A stretch of DNA of 64,000 nt from Octopus vulgaris. Taxonomy: Eukaryota. The stretch lies in NCBI GenBank assembly GCA_951406725.2, contig OX597832.1:6572001-6636000 (forward strand). The letters are read 5' to 3'. Below the pieces are notes generated by a model that worked only from the letters and a program-made list of their open reading frames with translations, made no database searches and was not told the DNA's origin. The stretch's first letter is position 1, and each line of letters opens with the position of its first letter. Below are positions 12,936 to 27,620 of the stretch, in pieces. The position numbers were made by a program, and so were the translations under genes.

Positions 12936-13542
12936 GAGTTTGAAAAACTGCTTTTAAAAATGGCTCTGCTTAATATTATATATGTACTAAGAAACTATAC
13001 AGAAAATATATATTTCAAAATTTAAAAAAGATCATGTTTAAGATAATATTTTATCATGATCCTAATTAGTTCAAGCTAGTTTGAAATAAAATATAAATTA
13101 AAGACTTTTTTAATGGAAGTTGAATAAAGGCAATTGTATTACATATATCAAATTTCAAACGTTTTCTGTGGCTTACTTAGTAACACTTTTTAATACAATA
13201 TCTTTTTGTGCTACTGTTTTTTAACTCCTGACTGATAAGTGCTGAAAACAAGATCTCAACATTTTAGACATACTCTTATATCTAATTTATTTTTATATTT
13301 TCTTTATCATTTTTCACTTCAAATTTAGTAGCAATGGCCTCTAATCTATACATATAAAGGTAACAAGACACCAGCATAGTACTTGATAGAACTATTTTAG
13401 CATAATTTTTATTATTACCATAGGCTCAGGCATGGCTGTGTGATGAGAAGCTTGCTTCTCATCTACATGGTTTTGAGTTCAGTCCCATAATTTCTGTTAG
13501 CATGTTATTTTCATTGTTTACTATCTTCTCCACTCATGTATA

Positions 13543-15105
13543 TCTGTATATATATATAACCATGCCTAGAAGAAAAGTATCAAATTTGTCTACAATATCA
13601 AGGTAAATCAAAAGAATGTCTCTGTCCAGGGAAAGAGAGACAGCTGCAGAAAGGGAAGCATGCCAAGAAATGAACAGACTGTGTGCTACAAAAGTCAGAG
13701 CATCACAAAGTGGTTAACAGAGGTATGCACAATTGACAAGGAATAGGATCTCCACCGCAGAACGAAGAGCAGTTGCAACAGCTCAGAGAAGCAGTTCATT
13801 ATGCAAATGACACTAGAGTTTCCATTGGTGCAATGACAACTGAGTGCATACATTGTGAAGCCAAGAAGTAGTCTGGAGAGACACCCGCACTGAGCTGCAG
13901 CGGTGGAAAGGTTAAACTCTAGAGCCATTGAAGAAACTGTTGTCATCAACTGACCGAGATTCCAAGCACTTCCAAAACAAAATTAGTATAAATGCTGCAC
14001 TACAGATTACATCATTTGGAGCCAGAAGAGATATAACTGAACCAGGATTCATGCAAACTTTCAAGGTCCAAGGTCAGGTTTATCATCGGATTGGCGTTCT
14101 ATTACCTCTGTCCAATGGCTCACCAAAATTCCTCCAAATATATTTTATGGGTGATTCTCAACAAGAAGGGCAAGAGTGGTGCAAGAAATTTCCGGCATCA
14201 GGATGAATATTGTTGTGTCTCTGCAAAAGATGCTGCATAACAACAACCTGATCAGAAGCTTCAAGACTGCACTTGAAACAATTCTACTTGACTCCATCGA
14301 TTACAAGGTAGTTATCAGATCAGACAAGAAACCATCTGGTCAGCATGAAAGGATGTTTAATGTGCCAACAGTAAATGAAATAGCTGTGCTTCTGGTTGGG
14401 CAAGAACATGACAAGCGTGACATTGTCCTCCATCTCAGACACAGCACACTGATGAGGTTTAGCTTTGCAATATCTATCAACAAAGCACAAGGTCAATCTC
14501 TAAAGGTTGTAGGACTTAGCCTCCTTCAACCCTGCTTCTCACATGCTCAGCTGTATGTTGGATGTTCTCGAGTTGGAGATGAAAAAAACCTCTACATTCT
14601 CAGTGATAAACGTGGCAAGACAGAAAGCATAGTATATGAAGAAGCACTTATGTGAATAGTATGTCCATGTCATATACAGAAGTGTAAAACCATTGAGTGT
14701 TAAGGTATTACTATTTCACTTATAGTTTTCGACTGACCTGCGTGAATGTATATCTGTGTGTATAAAAGTGAAACAATAACATGATAAATTCGTTGTCTGT
14801 TTGTGTGTGTACTCTACACACGGCCTTTCATTGTTTATAATCTATACATGTTTTTTGGTTATGAAATAAGTTAGACAAAACGTGTTTTTGAATTATGTGT
14901 ATTTACTTTATATACATATACGAGTTGAAAACTTTCTTTTCGCATTTCACTTAACGTCTATGTTTCATGCTGGCATGAATTGCAGAGTTATTAGTGTAGA
15001 AAGTTGGTATCTCAGCTACTAGCAGATAAGACCTGCATAATCTAGACAGTGTTTTAAAATTTCATTGCTATCTTTAACTTGGGGAGTGCCAGGTATTGCT
15101 GCTAG
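13543..15105 (+). mobile_element. Internally deleted Helitron (RepHel remnant)
   Basis: 5' A|TC at 13543, 3' CTAG|T at 15102-15106. Coding relics: IGAMTTECIHCEAKK zinc finger, AALQITSFGA...FKVQGQVYHRIG...PKFLQIYF, RMFNVPTVNEIAV, and PIF1 C-terminus FAISINKAQGQSL...FSHAQLYVGCSRV. Confidence 0.88.
13562..14655 (+). pseudogene. Frameshifted Helitron RepHel ORF lacking the Rep nuclease and helicase core
   Basis: ATG at 13562 (MPRRK); ORFs 13928-14206 and 14176-14655 lie in different frames; stop codon in the zinc-finger segment. Confidence 0.85.
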
Positions 15106-16514
15106 TTATTTATAAGGGATTATGTTTAATATATGACTTTTTTTTTTTTAAATATTTTTGTTAGTATTTAATATCAGCTGTACTGAAATTTTGCTTGAGT
15201 CATAGTAACCAGATATTCAAATGTCTCATGTTCTATATAAAAAGGTGCAGTCGAGTAATTGATATCAGCAACTTATGTTATTCTGAAACTCTTCCTTAAT
15301 AAATTGTAGAACATTGAAACACAGAGTTTGTCATGTAATAACTAGATTTGTAATTATTTTAAAATACTTGCCTTGCTGTCAACACGAATAAAATGTACAG
15401 TAGCTAGTCCTTTAGAAATCAGCAATCAAAATGTTAGATTTTTTTTTCCAAATATGTTCATTATAAAATATAGATTTCTGCTATAGGCATAAGACCTCAA
15501 ATAAGACTGTGTAATGTTTGTACCTTTATCAATGGCATTACTGCATGAATAATGTGGCTCCTGCCAGAAATCGAAATACAATATGCTGTTTTATTTTAAA
15601 AGTAGCAATGCTATTAGAAAACTCCTACACATCACCTGACTATTATTAAATTGCATTTTAAGATGCAGATCTCTTCCTGTGTTAATTCTTCTTCAGTTAA
15701 CATTTAAAAGTTTAATGCTGCAATATGCTACTCATTCAACTAAAAATCTATAATCATAATATCTGTGATTAAATTGTTATGTGAAACTAGAGGCAAAGAG
15801 TATCATTTCAGCTTCATAATATATTTCCTTTTTAGTGAAGACCCTCTTCTCTGAGAAGTTAAATAAATCCTTTTCCTTTAATTTGAATGACTATTTTCCC
15901 ACCAATTTTGTGTAATATTGTGTGTATAAAACATGCTGTGATATTGTATGTATCTAAAATTTGCAAATATGAGAAATTTTGTATAATGAGATAGAGCTGT
16001 AGTTTCCAACATTTCAGGCTCTTCCTCAGAATGTTAGAATCACATGAATCACATAAACTTTCCATATGTAGGAATTTACTGATTTTTTTTCCTGGAGATT
16101 TAGACTATCACCAGTTTCTTTAGACTTTGGTTTTTATTCACATACATAAATATGTGTGAGGAGGGAAGGGCATGGCTGAGGAGTTATGAATTTTGCTTCA
16201 CTACCATAAGGTCCCAGTTTTGAGTGTCTTTTACTGTAGTCTTGAAGTGACCCAAGATTGTAAGTGAAATTGAGTAGACATAAATTACAGAAGCTTATTG
16301 GATTGAATTTACTTGTAAATTAAAAGAAAGCTTATTATTCACTGTGTCGTGTTGAGTCTGACTGAAAATAACATTAAAAATACATGTTTGTGGATTATTT
16401 AGTTATTTACATGTTAGTTTAATGTAGATGTAGTTCAGTTGATCAGAAAACTGGAATACTCATCAACACTGACAGTGCAACCTTTTTTATTTCTTATATG
16501 TACATGTATGTGCA

Positions 16515-16760
16515 GTGGAGGTGCATGGCTTAGTGGTTAGGGCATTGCACTCTTGATCATAAGATTGTGATTTTGATCCTTGGACCAGGTGATACATTGT
16601 GTTTTTGAACAAAACACTTCAGTTCACTTTGCTCCAGTCCATTTAGCTGGGAAAATGAATAATCCTGCAATGGACCAGCATCCTGCCCAGCAGGGGGAAT
16701 ATAAACACTACAGAATCTGGAAACTAGCTTTTGAGCCTATGGCTCAAGAAGGACCTTTGA
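16515..16760 (+). mobile_element. tRNA-derived CORE-type SINE, distinct family
   Basis: ggaggtgcatggcttagtggttagggc...ttgatcc head, cttgaacaaaacactt-type core, then cacttt gctccagtcca. Confidence 0.55.
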
Positions 16761-17149
16761 TCCTTGATGTATGTGCATACATATGTGAGCACATGTGGGT
16801 ATGTGTATGTGTGTTCGCATACATATATATGTCTGCACACCTGTGTGCACATGTATGCATATATACACATCTAAAATATCTCATAGAATTTTCAATTTAC
16901 TGAAGTACAATGCATTCTGAAATATAATGCAACATCAGTATTTTATAGTTAAAAATTAGTAATATACTTTATCTTTCTTATATAATGTAAATTCTGAATA
17001 TAGCCATAGCTATTATTATTTTTGAAGACACCAGTGTAATATAGCTGCAAATTTTAAAAACTGTAAAAAAAAAACTCAAAACAAGCTAAAACACAAATAG
17101 TCTTTGTTCTGTAACTTTTGTTTAAAAACTATTAAGTGAAGGTTGTATG

Positions 17150-18650
17150 TAGTACAGGTTAACAAAAAACCCTAAAAAACAGTTGTTCATAAAAGGATCT
17201 TCTCACTTAAAAACTACCAAAGTCTAATTGGATTATCTGATTCTTCAAATAATTCCAACCACACTTCTTCATTTAGCTTTTCATCAGTGTTCCATCCATC
17301 ATTTTATCATCTTTTAAGTTTCCAGTGTTGTTTGTAGTTGCATCTTGATCATTCCCTGGCAAGTTGTCTTCCATTTCATCCAATTTATTACTGATAACTA
17401 GCTTTTAATCTCTTGGAAACCATCTTCTGGTAAAGCATTCCAAGCTATTTTAACCCAGGTGACAGCAGTAGCAAGACTATTTTTTTTTTTAGATTCTTTT
17501 TTTAGCTTCATCAGATGATACTCATGATATTCAGTGCCTCCCAACTTCATACATGATTTTATTCAAAACATGAAGAACACTTGTCAAACTAGACACATAG
17601 AATTATAGCTTTCATATCTTTCAATATGTATAATGTCAGTTCCATACCAGCATTGTTAAGTTTCTTAAAAATTGCTTCAGATCATTTATCTCATACTTTT
17701 CTTGGCCATAAACCTCTGTCTTCCCCATTCATTCTGCTTTTACGGTGACAGAGAATAAAAACTCAAGAAAGGATTTTCACATTTTTTGGAATTATTTTAC
17801 TTTCAACAATAATCATGGGATTTAATTTGCTGTCAGTAGCTAAATAACAAAGCTGCAGTAAAATGTTGTAGACGCGGATTTCTCATTTTTGTTTCCAAAT
17901 TGACCTGGTTCAAGTCATGCTAGTATCATCTAGGTTTATTTTTAAAGCTATGAAACTGCATTAATCTTATCATCAAATCAGTGGGAAGCTTCTCTGGAAT
18001 TTTTTTTGTTTTCTAACATAAAGAATTTCTTCTGAAGAATCTCCAGCACCACCCATTTGAAAATTTGAAAGACTAACTATTTCCACATTTCACATTTTTT
18101 TTAACATGTTCTTTGTAATTTTACAGTGTTGTGGTTACATCAGACATTTCTCTTGTCTTCCACCCATTGAGTCAGCCACTTTTTGCAGTTCTTGGAGATT
18201 ATTTACTGCTTAACATTTTCTGCATTAGGTTTTGTTTTTTTTTCCATAACCCAATATTGCTTTTAATTCTAAATTTCCCAGGTGCTACACAGTTGTTCTT
18301 TTCAATAAATTCAGTAACTGTGTATACTGAAGATTTTAAACTGTGATCTTTTATATCAAATAATTAATTACTTTTAATCAAAAAAAAAAATCACACACCA
18401 AATGCCTGCTAACAGAATTAACAATTGCTTTTGGATATATTCAAAGTATATGGTGTTTCATAGCCACAGGTAATGAGGTGTGTACACATTTGTTATGAGA
18501 TATCTTGAGGCTATCATCTTTCAGTAATATTATTTTCACACACTTCTTACTGTGTATTTTTTTATACACTTAAATATAATAATACACCCCAATTTTTACC
18601 TTTTGATTTGTTACATTAAATATCTCACATTTTACACAAGTAAATATGGC
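17150..18650 (-). mobile_element. Highly decayed pogo/Tigger-like DNA transposon (tentative)
   Basis: Terminal-like ttttacacaagtaaatatgg at ~18630-18649 and coding-like composition on the minus strand; no clean motif recovered. Confidence 0.25.
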
Positions 18651-18764
18651 AAAAACATTTTTATACCTGATTTAAAACAACCTGTCATTCCTTCCTACAT
18701 TTTTAAATTCTAAGAATGTGAAAATAAACCTAATTTAATACAGTAATAATAGTATTAACTGAAA

Positions 18765-18980
18765 TAAGGCAGCAAGCTGGCAGGATCGTTAGTGTGTCAG
18801 ACAATATGCTTAGCAGCATTTCGTCTATTTTTATGTTTTGAATTCAAATTGTGCTGAGGTCGACTTTGCCTTTCATCCTTTCGGGGCCAATAAAATAAGT
18901 GCCAGTCAAGTACTGGGGTCAATATAATCAACTTACCCCAACCCCTGAAGTTGCTGGTCTTGAGCCAAAATTTGAAACCA
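18765..18980 (+). mobile_element. SINE family C
   Basis: aaggcagcaagctggcaggatcgttag...gtcgactttgcctttcatcctttcgggg...aaataagtgccagt; related copies at 26545-26750 (-), 53955-54080 (+), 62590-62740 (-). Confidence 0.75.
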
Positions 18981-19780
18981 GTATTAATTGAAATATTGCT
19001 TGCTTTGGCACAAGAGCAATTTTTGAAAGGAATTCATGTATTTTGTTTTTATTTTATCAATTCCTGAGGGATGAACCAAAGTATGATATGAACTCAGAAT
19101 GTGAAGGGATGAGACTAATCACTGTAAGCCCTTTAAGCTTTCATCTTGCTAACTTATGTGTAATTTAATATAAATGGATATACAAATATAAAGATTGCAG
19201 TCCAAAAGGTAATATTTGATATGAATTCAACTACACATGATGATGATCATCATCAAACATTCACTTTTACATGCTCACATGAGTCTGATGGAATCTGTTG
19301 AGGTAGATTCTCTATGACCAGATACCTTTCCTGTTGCCAACCCTCACTTGTTTTCATGTAAGGTAATATTTCCTTCTGACCCGATATATTTTCAAGGAAA
19401 ATTGGAAATGAAGTACTCCACTTGCATGACAGTGACACCTACAACTATCATGTGATGTCAAGACAAGAAGGCAGTAACAGCCCCTCCCCATGTACACACA
19501 CATATACATTCACACACATGCATACATACATGTGTACATAATCATAATTAAATCTGAAAAGTAGATTTCTTTCATCTTTGCATAAAATTGATAACGAGTT
19601 GTTAGAATACCTTCACCATAAAGGTGTCCAAAATAATGAAACAAAACTGACAAGAAGAAAGCAAAGAGCTTTTAAAATTATTTAAATCTGGTGTGTATAT
19701 ACACTCACATCAGGTGTGTATATGTGTATATATATACACATGTATATCCATGCATACATGAGTGTGTATGTATATATGTG

Positions 19781-19930
19781 CAGTGGCAGACTGGCCAGGT
19801 TGCCAGCTTTCCCGATGGCAAGTAGGCCCCTGTGCCATTAGAATTCATATAAGGGGGCCCATATTAGTATCTAAGGGGCCCATCCCCTCGAGTTTGAGAA
19901 TTTTTTATTCGCACCTGGAAGAATGCATTA
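19781..19930. mobile_element. GC-rich hAT-like terminal fragment
   Basis: cagtggcagactggcc start and repeated ggggccc subterminal motifs; no partner end found. Confidence 0.35.
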
Positions 19931-22900
19931 TTTCAGCCTGGCTGTGTTTGTAGACCTTTCATGTTGTTAATTTTAGAAATTCACATGATTTTCTTACAAA
20001 ATTCAAATGACATTTGTGGTTGATTTCCTGATCAAGTGAGATCTGTTAGTATTAAAACTGTTACCAACATTGAAAGCCTCCAAATATTTAGATGATATTT
20101 TATGAAGAAACAATATCATATTTTGTGAAAGAAAACAAAAATAATTATAAGTGTAAAAAAAAGTTATAATTTTTTTTCAAAACTACTTAAAATATGCTTC
20201 CCTAGTTTTATTAGTATTTTAAATAGTCCATACTCACCAATAACTGGATGTAATTGGTAGGTCAATCATAATTAATAAACTGGGATTAGTCACATATAAA
20301 AACATCAACTTGGAAAATGTGATTAATGTTGCTTTTGTAATTTTTGTTCTTCTACACTCCCATTATAAAGCAAATAGAGACCTTTGTAGCCATTTTATTA
20401 TCTAAAAATAGAAATTTATTTAATTCACTGATGTGGATTGACAGTACAATTGGAAAAAAAATCAAAATATATGACTAGATCTTCAAAATAAATTGTTCTC
20501 TAACAATGCAAGGTCATTTAAATGTCCTTATCATAACATCTTGAAATGATTGTTTTTATCATGGACATACCTATCAAGGAAGCTTCAATGTAGTTATTAG
20601 ACTCCTAGAAATAACAACCAAATCTTTTTCCACTCCAAATATCTCTACTGAGTTAAACAAAGAAGCATAGTGTAGACAAGGTATGGGCAATCATGAGACA
20701 GGCTGCATTTAAAAAAAAAAAAAATCTGCAATTTTTTTGCCAGACATGCCATTCAGGAAGTCCTAGGACACAGTTTGCTCATGATTGATGCAGACTTTCA
20801 TATACAAAAAGATGGGATGGTCATAGCTGAAATGCCTTAAATAATAGGTACACTCATTCAGGGCTGACTTGGTGGCTAAACAACAAGTATGAAATTCCTA
20901 ACAGAATAATATTAAATTGCCTGTAATTATTTCATTTACTCTGTTTGGTTCTGGTAAACAATAGCCAGCTTTTATAATTTTGCTTGCTGCATATGCTGTT
21001 ACTGGTATTATATAATGCATTTTGATGAAGTTATTTGATACAGTATTAAACTAATGTTGAGATAGATTTCTAAAATTATCTGCTGCAAATGTTCAGTTTT
21101 TGGCCTGGTATTACTTTTACTGGTTTCTGTTGATAGGCTATGTCACTGTGTTTCTTATAAGAGGAAGTTTAACTCCAGCTTATGCCAGTAAATATAAAAA
21201 CATGTGCACACTCACACACACACATAAATGGCCAAATAACTTTTGTTGGTTTCTGTAATAGGATAGTGGAATAAAGGAAGAGGAGACAAAGGATCATGTG
21301 TTTGTGCATACATATATAAATACTAACAAAACCTTGTATTAAATAATAGTGAAACTGTTAATCTCACTTTTGATCAAGTATACAGGTGGAAGGTAAACAT
21401 TAAGAATTAGTTAAAGAGTGAGAGAAGCAGTGGTTGTGTGAAGAGATTAGGGCTTCTCAAACTTTTAAGCACTAACACCCCTCCCTCATCACAGAATTAC
21501 TGAGCCTTCACCAACTTTACCCCCTCTCTATGACGCATGCAGTAAAATAGTACAGTGTTTTCAGAGTTAAGTGGTGTGAATTCAATGTGAATTAATGTGC
21601 ACTTTAATAAAATTGGCTTATTATCAATAATAATCTATTTTAATTTAAAATGAACGATACATAGTATTTCAAAAGGTAGTGAATAACTTATTTTCATCAG
21701 GGATAACCTATGATATACAAATGTTTAAATGTTAACATTATCAATCACTAGAAATCAAAGTTTATCTTACATTCTGGTTGAAAATAAGTGATATTGGGAA
21801 CAATACAAATCGTATTGCAAAATATTTATTTCCCTTTATTTTCTATTAATGTCAAAAGTTTATCACTTGAAATGTTGGTGGATAGTACTTTATCGTTAAA
21901 AAAACTGGAAATTGATTGATTTTATGAATGTAAATATAGCAATAACCTACTTACGAATTCTATAAACTTTGATTGCCATATGAGCATAATCTTCTGAGAT
22001 CTCTACTTTTTAAAAATGATATACCTTTTTCAAATTTCTAGTTTAATGGTATCTGAATAGAGAGACTAAGTATAGTAGAACTGTAGCTTATAGATAAAGC
22101 TACTTCTGGTTTTTAAATAAATAATACTCCTCTTGGCACAGAATATTTAAAATAAGAAAATATAAAATTATTCAGAACTGTCAAGAGAAAAGTAAAATCG
22201 GATGTTACCTTAATAACGCAGCAAAGGACAATAAAATGAATAAGATAACAAATATTATTTTATTGAAGAAGTTTTAGACACATAATGAAATGAATGGGTC
22301 TGGCAACTGCTAATAATAGAATAAATACTAGGATGATTTTTTTCTGTCAGTTTTTATTTGCTTTACTGTGCTTTATATTTGGCTAAATTCAGTTTGACCA
22401 AATTGCAGTTTGCAAATATGAGTAAAAATGCATCAGCATCTGCCCTAATTGGATATTAGATTGTAGTGCTTTCACTATTTCAGAGACCACTAGGACCTTT
22501 ACCTTTCAACAATACTTTTGCATTTAGAGTTCAACAGGAGAAATGATCCAGTCGGGTACATGCATATTTTCAAGAACCTCAAAGTGGACTTCAAAAGTGT
22601 CCTTTAATTTTGAAAGCTGGGCATCAGATTAGCAGGTGGTTCTCTGAAATGTTTTCATCTGCTTCTTGTTCTAGTCATGATATATTCCAGAAATATTGAA
22701 AATTCTTGCAACCCAGAGAAGATTTATACAAGCCAATCTTGATTTGAAATCCTGAAATAAGAGTTTAAACTTGAATTATACTAATGTCTTTACCCTATGA
22801 TTATTTCTGCATTTCATTATATTTAGTAATAGTGCTTTTCAAATTTTTAACTAATAGTCACTTTTTACTAACACTTTTTCTTTGCTTACTTGCTACACTT

Positions 22901-23534
22901 CAACACCTTCATTTTTTTTTTATGTATATACATATAATATCAGATCAGAGTAATTTAATTTTAGGTACTAGTTTGAAATGGATAACTTCTAACTACAGAA
23001 TAACTTTATTATAAATGTATACTATAAGCATGGTGATATATGTATACATGTGTGTGTATATGTGTGTTTGGCTCTGGTTTTGCTTATTTACATTTTGAAG
23101 TCTATTATTATTGTTGATGTTGTCATTATTATTATTGTGATCATGACTAACAGTCTATCAAAACCTTACATCTACAGATGCATGTATCACCTTTGTCTCC
23201 CAGAACTTGTATCAAAGTTTCTGCCGTGCCTCTAGGAGGCAGAACCATTCACTTTCAGAAGTACTAATTTAGAAAATGTCAGCTAAATAAAGCAGGTATT
23301 TATACACAGCTGCAGTTCATCACTAAATGATAAATTCACCTCATAAAGGAACTCAACAGGTGAATCAAAACATTCAACCAGCATTTTTGTAAGCTATCTT
23401 CTTTGGATAAGCGCGTTACATCAGTATGCAAAAGTGCTGTTTGAAGCTTCATTGGTTAAAGTTTTTTTTTTTATCATTACTTTAACATAATTATGCAAAT
23501 TGTTGAGGACTGAGCTGGTTTGTTTTTATAAGAC

Positions 23535-23753
23535 TTAGCATTTAAACCAACCACATCTAATCCAAATATTTTACCTGTTTTCTGTTTAAACCAGCATGAT
23601 CTGGCCTCTCACACTTACCCTACAGTGTCATTCATAAAATAACAATTGTATCATTGAAATCTTAAAACTATGAAATAAGCCATGATTGATTTAAAACAAT
23701 GTCAATTCACAAGCATTATATTTGACAGAATAATCTAAATACTGAAGGCTTAA
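23535..23753. mobile_element. piggyBac-type MITE, degenerate, inverted relative to 48034-48253
   Basis: ttagcatttaaacc...cctctcacac...aatctaaatactgaaggcTTAA aligns in reverse with the 48 kb copy. Confidence 0.65.
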
Positions 23754-25470
23754 TGTATATTTTCAAGGTACAGTGAAGTTGTCCACTGAGTTCTTTTTTT
23801 TTTTTTTTTGTTACAAGATATTTTCTGTACAAGACACACTGTAGACATTTTACATTGGGATTTTTTTTTCTTTAACAATGCTGAAAGCACTTAGTATCTA
23901 TCAATCATAGTCATGTGACATTAGTAGCAACTGCCATAATCATATTAAGGCAAATAGTTTTTCATTTAACAATACCCACCCCTAAGATTTGCTTTATTGG
24001 CCATGGTATTACCCTGGTGTATTATCTGAAATATATATCTAAAGAAATTGTTTCATTAGTTGACTAAGCCTTAAGATATTTTGAAGAGAAATTCATCAAC
24101 AATACATTTATACTACAACACCTTATGTATGCCATAAGAATATTAGAACTTACAAGGGATAGAACCCTTACACCAGAGATCATCCAAAGTTATTGCAGCA
24201 CATTATTGACAAGTGTCATCTCATCAATATTATACTATAGGATATTGTTACTCAGAGGAATAACCTTAAAAATAGGTTCAGAATATTCAAAATAACTTTG
24301 ATGACTTCCTTTACTGCTGGTGCAATAATATCCTTTTCAATCATATTTTGCACTTTTTTCTTGCTATATTAAAGTATATATTGTAAGAGATCTTCATTCA
24401 CCCTTCAATTTCAATACAAAATAGTGAGTCATGAATTGAGGTTAATGTTAGATACTTTACAAACCCTTTTCTTTTTGTCAAAAAATTGAAAAATTTCTTT
24501 TATTTATCTGAGTATATCATGTAATGATAGTTGTTCATCTTCAAAATTTTCATCACAGTGTTTTTTTTTACATAGCAAATGCACTAGTGATTGAAGAAAC
24601 AAAATCCAGTTCCAAATATTTCTGTGAATATTGTCTGCATTTTCCTTCCTAGCACCAAGAATTGACATACTGTAAAATTAATGAGCTATAATATAAATAG
24701 AATTCAGCAACATATAAGCTAGTTCCTTTAAGATTGCTGTAATAAACTTAAATTATAAAATTATACAATACAATATGAAGTTAAATACATCCTTCTTTTT
24801 TGTCTTTCCATTCAAGTTGCCATTTTGCTTAAAAAAACTTATGCCACAATTATACAGAGTCATAAACAAAATACATTCTTGTGATAGTTAATTGATTGAG
24901 AATAATTATATATTTATGCATGTATGGACCAGTGAGTCATTAATTATATGCAATGCACTTGTGATTTTTTTCTTATTAGCAGGAAACTTAGTTGCATGCA
25001 AGTTGCTAAACATAGAGTCCTACTAACTATTGTGCAGATTTGAACTTGAAACATCCATTAAGCTGTCGTTTGCTCCAATTTTTGTTTTCTCCCTCCCCAC
25101 CCCCCAAAAGCAGCAACATTCAGTGGTTTTAAATTCTATCAAGTACAAGTATGGATTTTTTTAAAGTATGATTACATTTTTCTTCATGGTTCGTCTTTGC
25201 ACATACTTTTTTATGCCCTCAGAAAAAAAAGTCTTTGACTGAGAGATGAGCCACATATGAATTGCTTCTTTCAATTCCATGCAATCTGTAGTAGTGAAAC
25301 ATTGTTCCCATTTTGTACTGAAAACCTTTTGGTGGTTTTATGCCTCTGCTACCTGTTCAACCTGGAGAAAACAACATAGAAGTGTTGCAAAATGACAAGA
25401 AGCAATGAAACAAGGTTGGAAACAGGAAGAATTACAAAACAGAAATTAAACCCCATACCCTCACCCCAAG

Positions 25471-25501
<31 letters not shown>

Positions 25502-26544
25502 GGTTTCTGCACAGATTCTAGCTACCAAAATTTCATCAACAAGGCATTAGTCAGTCCAACCCTACAGTAGAAGACCAAGGCTCTAAAATCTTTTGCGACA
25601 GAAAGTTTCATTATAAAATTATAACATTCAGCTGTTGTTGTCATTATCATCATCATCATCATTTTAATATCTACTTTTGTATGCCTGCATGAGTCAAACA
25701 AGACTTCATTGTGAAAGAATTTTCTAAAGCCAGATGCCCTTCCTGTTGCTAATTTTCACATGTTTTCAATCCCTCAATCTATCAAATACAAATGGCCTGG
25801 TCATGTTATTGCAAATGGCACTATGTATATGAACAGTGAGGCTTTTGTTTACAATCCATGCGCATATGTTAAGACATGTCAAGAAGCCTGGAAAAACTTC
25901 TATGATGAACGGTAAACAAATGAAGAATGTCCAGATATAGTTTTGTTGACTATATTGGATTAGCTTAGAGTTTGTTAACAGATCTGGAAAACGTGCAAAA
26001 AATAAAAGAAGTTTTTTTGAAAGTTTTGACATTTGTGAGTATATGCATATGAGTCTTTTTAAGATAAACTGTTTGAAAATGCTATTCAGTTATCCTTAAT
26101 GTTAAGGAAGAAGGGAAAATGGTAAACATTCTTCAGTTATTTGCTCATTGGCAATACTGAGATCTGAAGCAAACATGTTTGTACAGCCAGTGCAATCTAA
26201 GTATGTTTCCACTACGATTGTTGCTCTACAATCCATCAAAAATTATCTGGATTGTTTGTTAAACTGTATCTTTAGAACAAGTTAGATAACATAGTAACTA
26301 GCCACTCTTACGCTGCAAAGAAATGTAGCTTACCCTTCCCAAGAAAATGAAAAAGAAAATATATTCAAGAAATGAATTGCTTGAAATTTTTTTTTATATG
26401 TAATGCGAGGAAGTTTGAACTTTAGAACATATGACTTTATAGCTGATGTTGTTTTATGATTGTTGTGACTTTTACTTCTCTTAAGTCAATTACGTGTGGA
26501 AAGAAAAAATAAGATTAATAAGAATAATAACAACAACAATAATA

Positions 26545-26750
26545 AAAGCTTCAAATTTTGCCACAAGTGCAGCAATTTGGGGGGAGGAGATGAGTCAATT
26601 ATATCGACCCCAGTCTTCAACTGGTACTTACTTTATCGACCCCAATAGAATGAAAGGCAAGGTCAATCTCGATGGAATTTGAACTCAGAACTTAGCAGCA
26701 AATGAAATACTGCTAAGCATTTCACCTGGCATGCTCACGGTTCTGCTAGC
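26545..26750 (-). mobile_element. SINE family C
   Basis: actggtacttactttatcgacccc...gaatgaaaggcaaggtc...gaatttgaactcagaac...gctaagcat. Confidence 0.75.
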
Positions 26751-27370
26751 ATGAGTGCATGCGTACATACAAGTGTGTGTGGATATATATGTGTGTGTGT
26801 GTGTGTGTGTATTTATACATGTATGTGTGTGTGTGTGTACTTGAGCTGTTGTTAACATGCTATCCAGTACAACTTGTTACATGGCTGGCTTGTCAATGAC
26901 TTTAGCTGACAAACGTATTTATTGATGAGAGTTGTTAGAAACCCAGGACCCGTAGCATTAGGAGAGCAGTAATGTATAAAATCTGCATTGAGTAAATGTG
27001 GAGGTTCTTGAAGCTGCAGCAAAGCAACCTGTGCAGAAGAGCAGTAACTGTAAGTGATTGCACAGTGTAATATAGGTTGTTTTGTCTGACAACCTTTTCA
27101 GTCTTTGCAGCACCATAAAGTGCACCTATTCTGTTTTAAATGGTTGATGATAGAAAAGATATTCAGCCAATCAAACCATGCCCAAATCACAACACTTACT
27201 TATACATTGAAAAAGTAACTGTGTAGTGAGAACCTACACTATCATATTAATTCTATGCAAGGTAGTAGGGCAGTCAGGTAGGATCATTTAACCATGAGTA
27301 AGATCTTCTCTCTCTTTTTCTCTTTCCTTCCAAGTGAAAGGCAGATTATATAATGCTAGCATAGGAAATA

Positions 27371-27620
27371 CTAGCAGAAATAGCTGGCGTTGCCTGTGTC
27401 ACGTGGAATTGAAGAATTAGACTTTTCTTTTATATTTTCTCTAATGAACTGGAATATCTAAGATTTGAATTTCATCAAATGAACCCTAAGTAAGGCATGT
27501 GTAAAATTTGAATGAACCCTAAGTAAGGCTTGTGTAAAATTTGAATGAAATCAGTTGTGTAGTTCTCGAGTTTTGGGGATTCAGACAGACACACATCATT
27601 TACATCTTTAAATATATAGA
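27371..27620 (-). mobile_element. Non-autonomous Helitron, 250 bp
   Basis: Minus strand A|TCTATATATTT...TGTCTGTC...CAGGCAACGCCAGC...CTAG|T; internal ~33-bp tandem repeat (27478-27550). Confidence 0.75.

Noticed and set aside
14176-14655. Host PIF1 helicase gene
   Set aside because: Only C-terminal motifs are present, fused to Helitron N-terminal motifs and bounded by Helitron termini.
21448-22622. hAT/Charlie element from agggcttctcaaact to tttgaaagctg
   Set aside because: The right TIR and TSD are not convincing.
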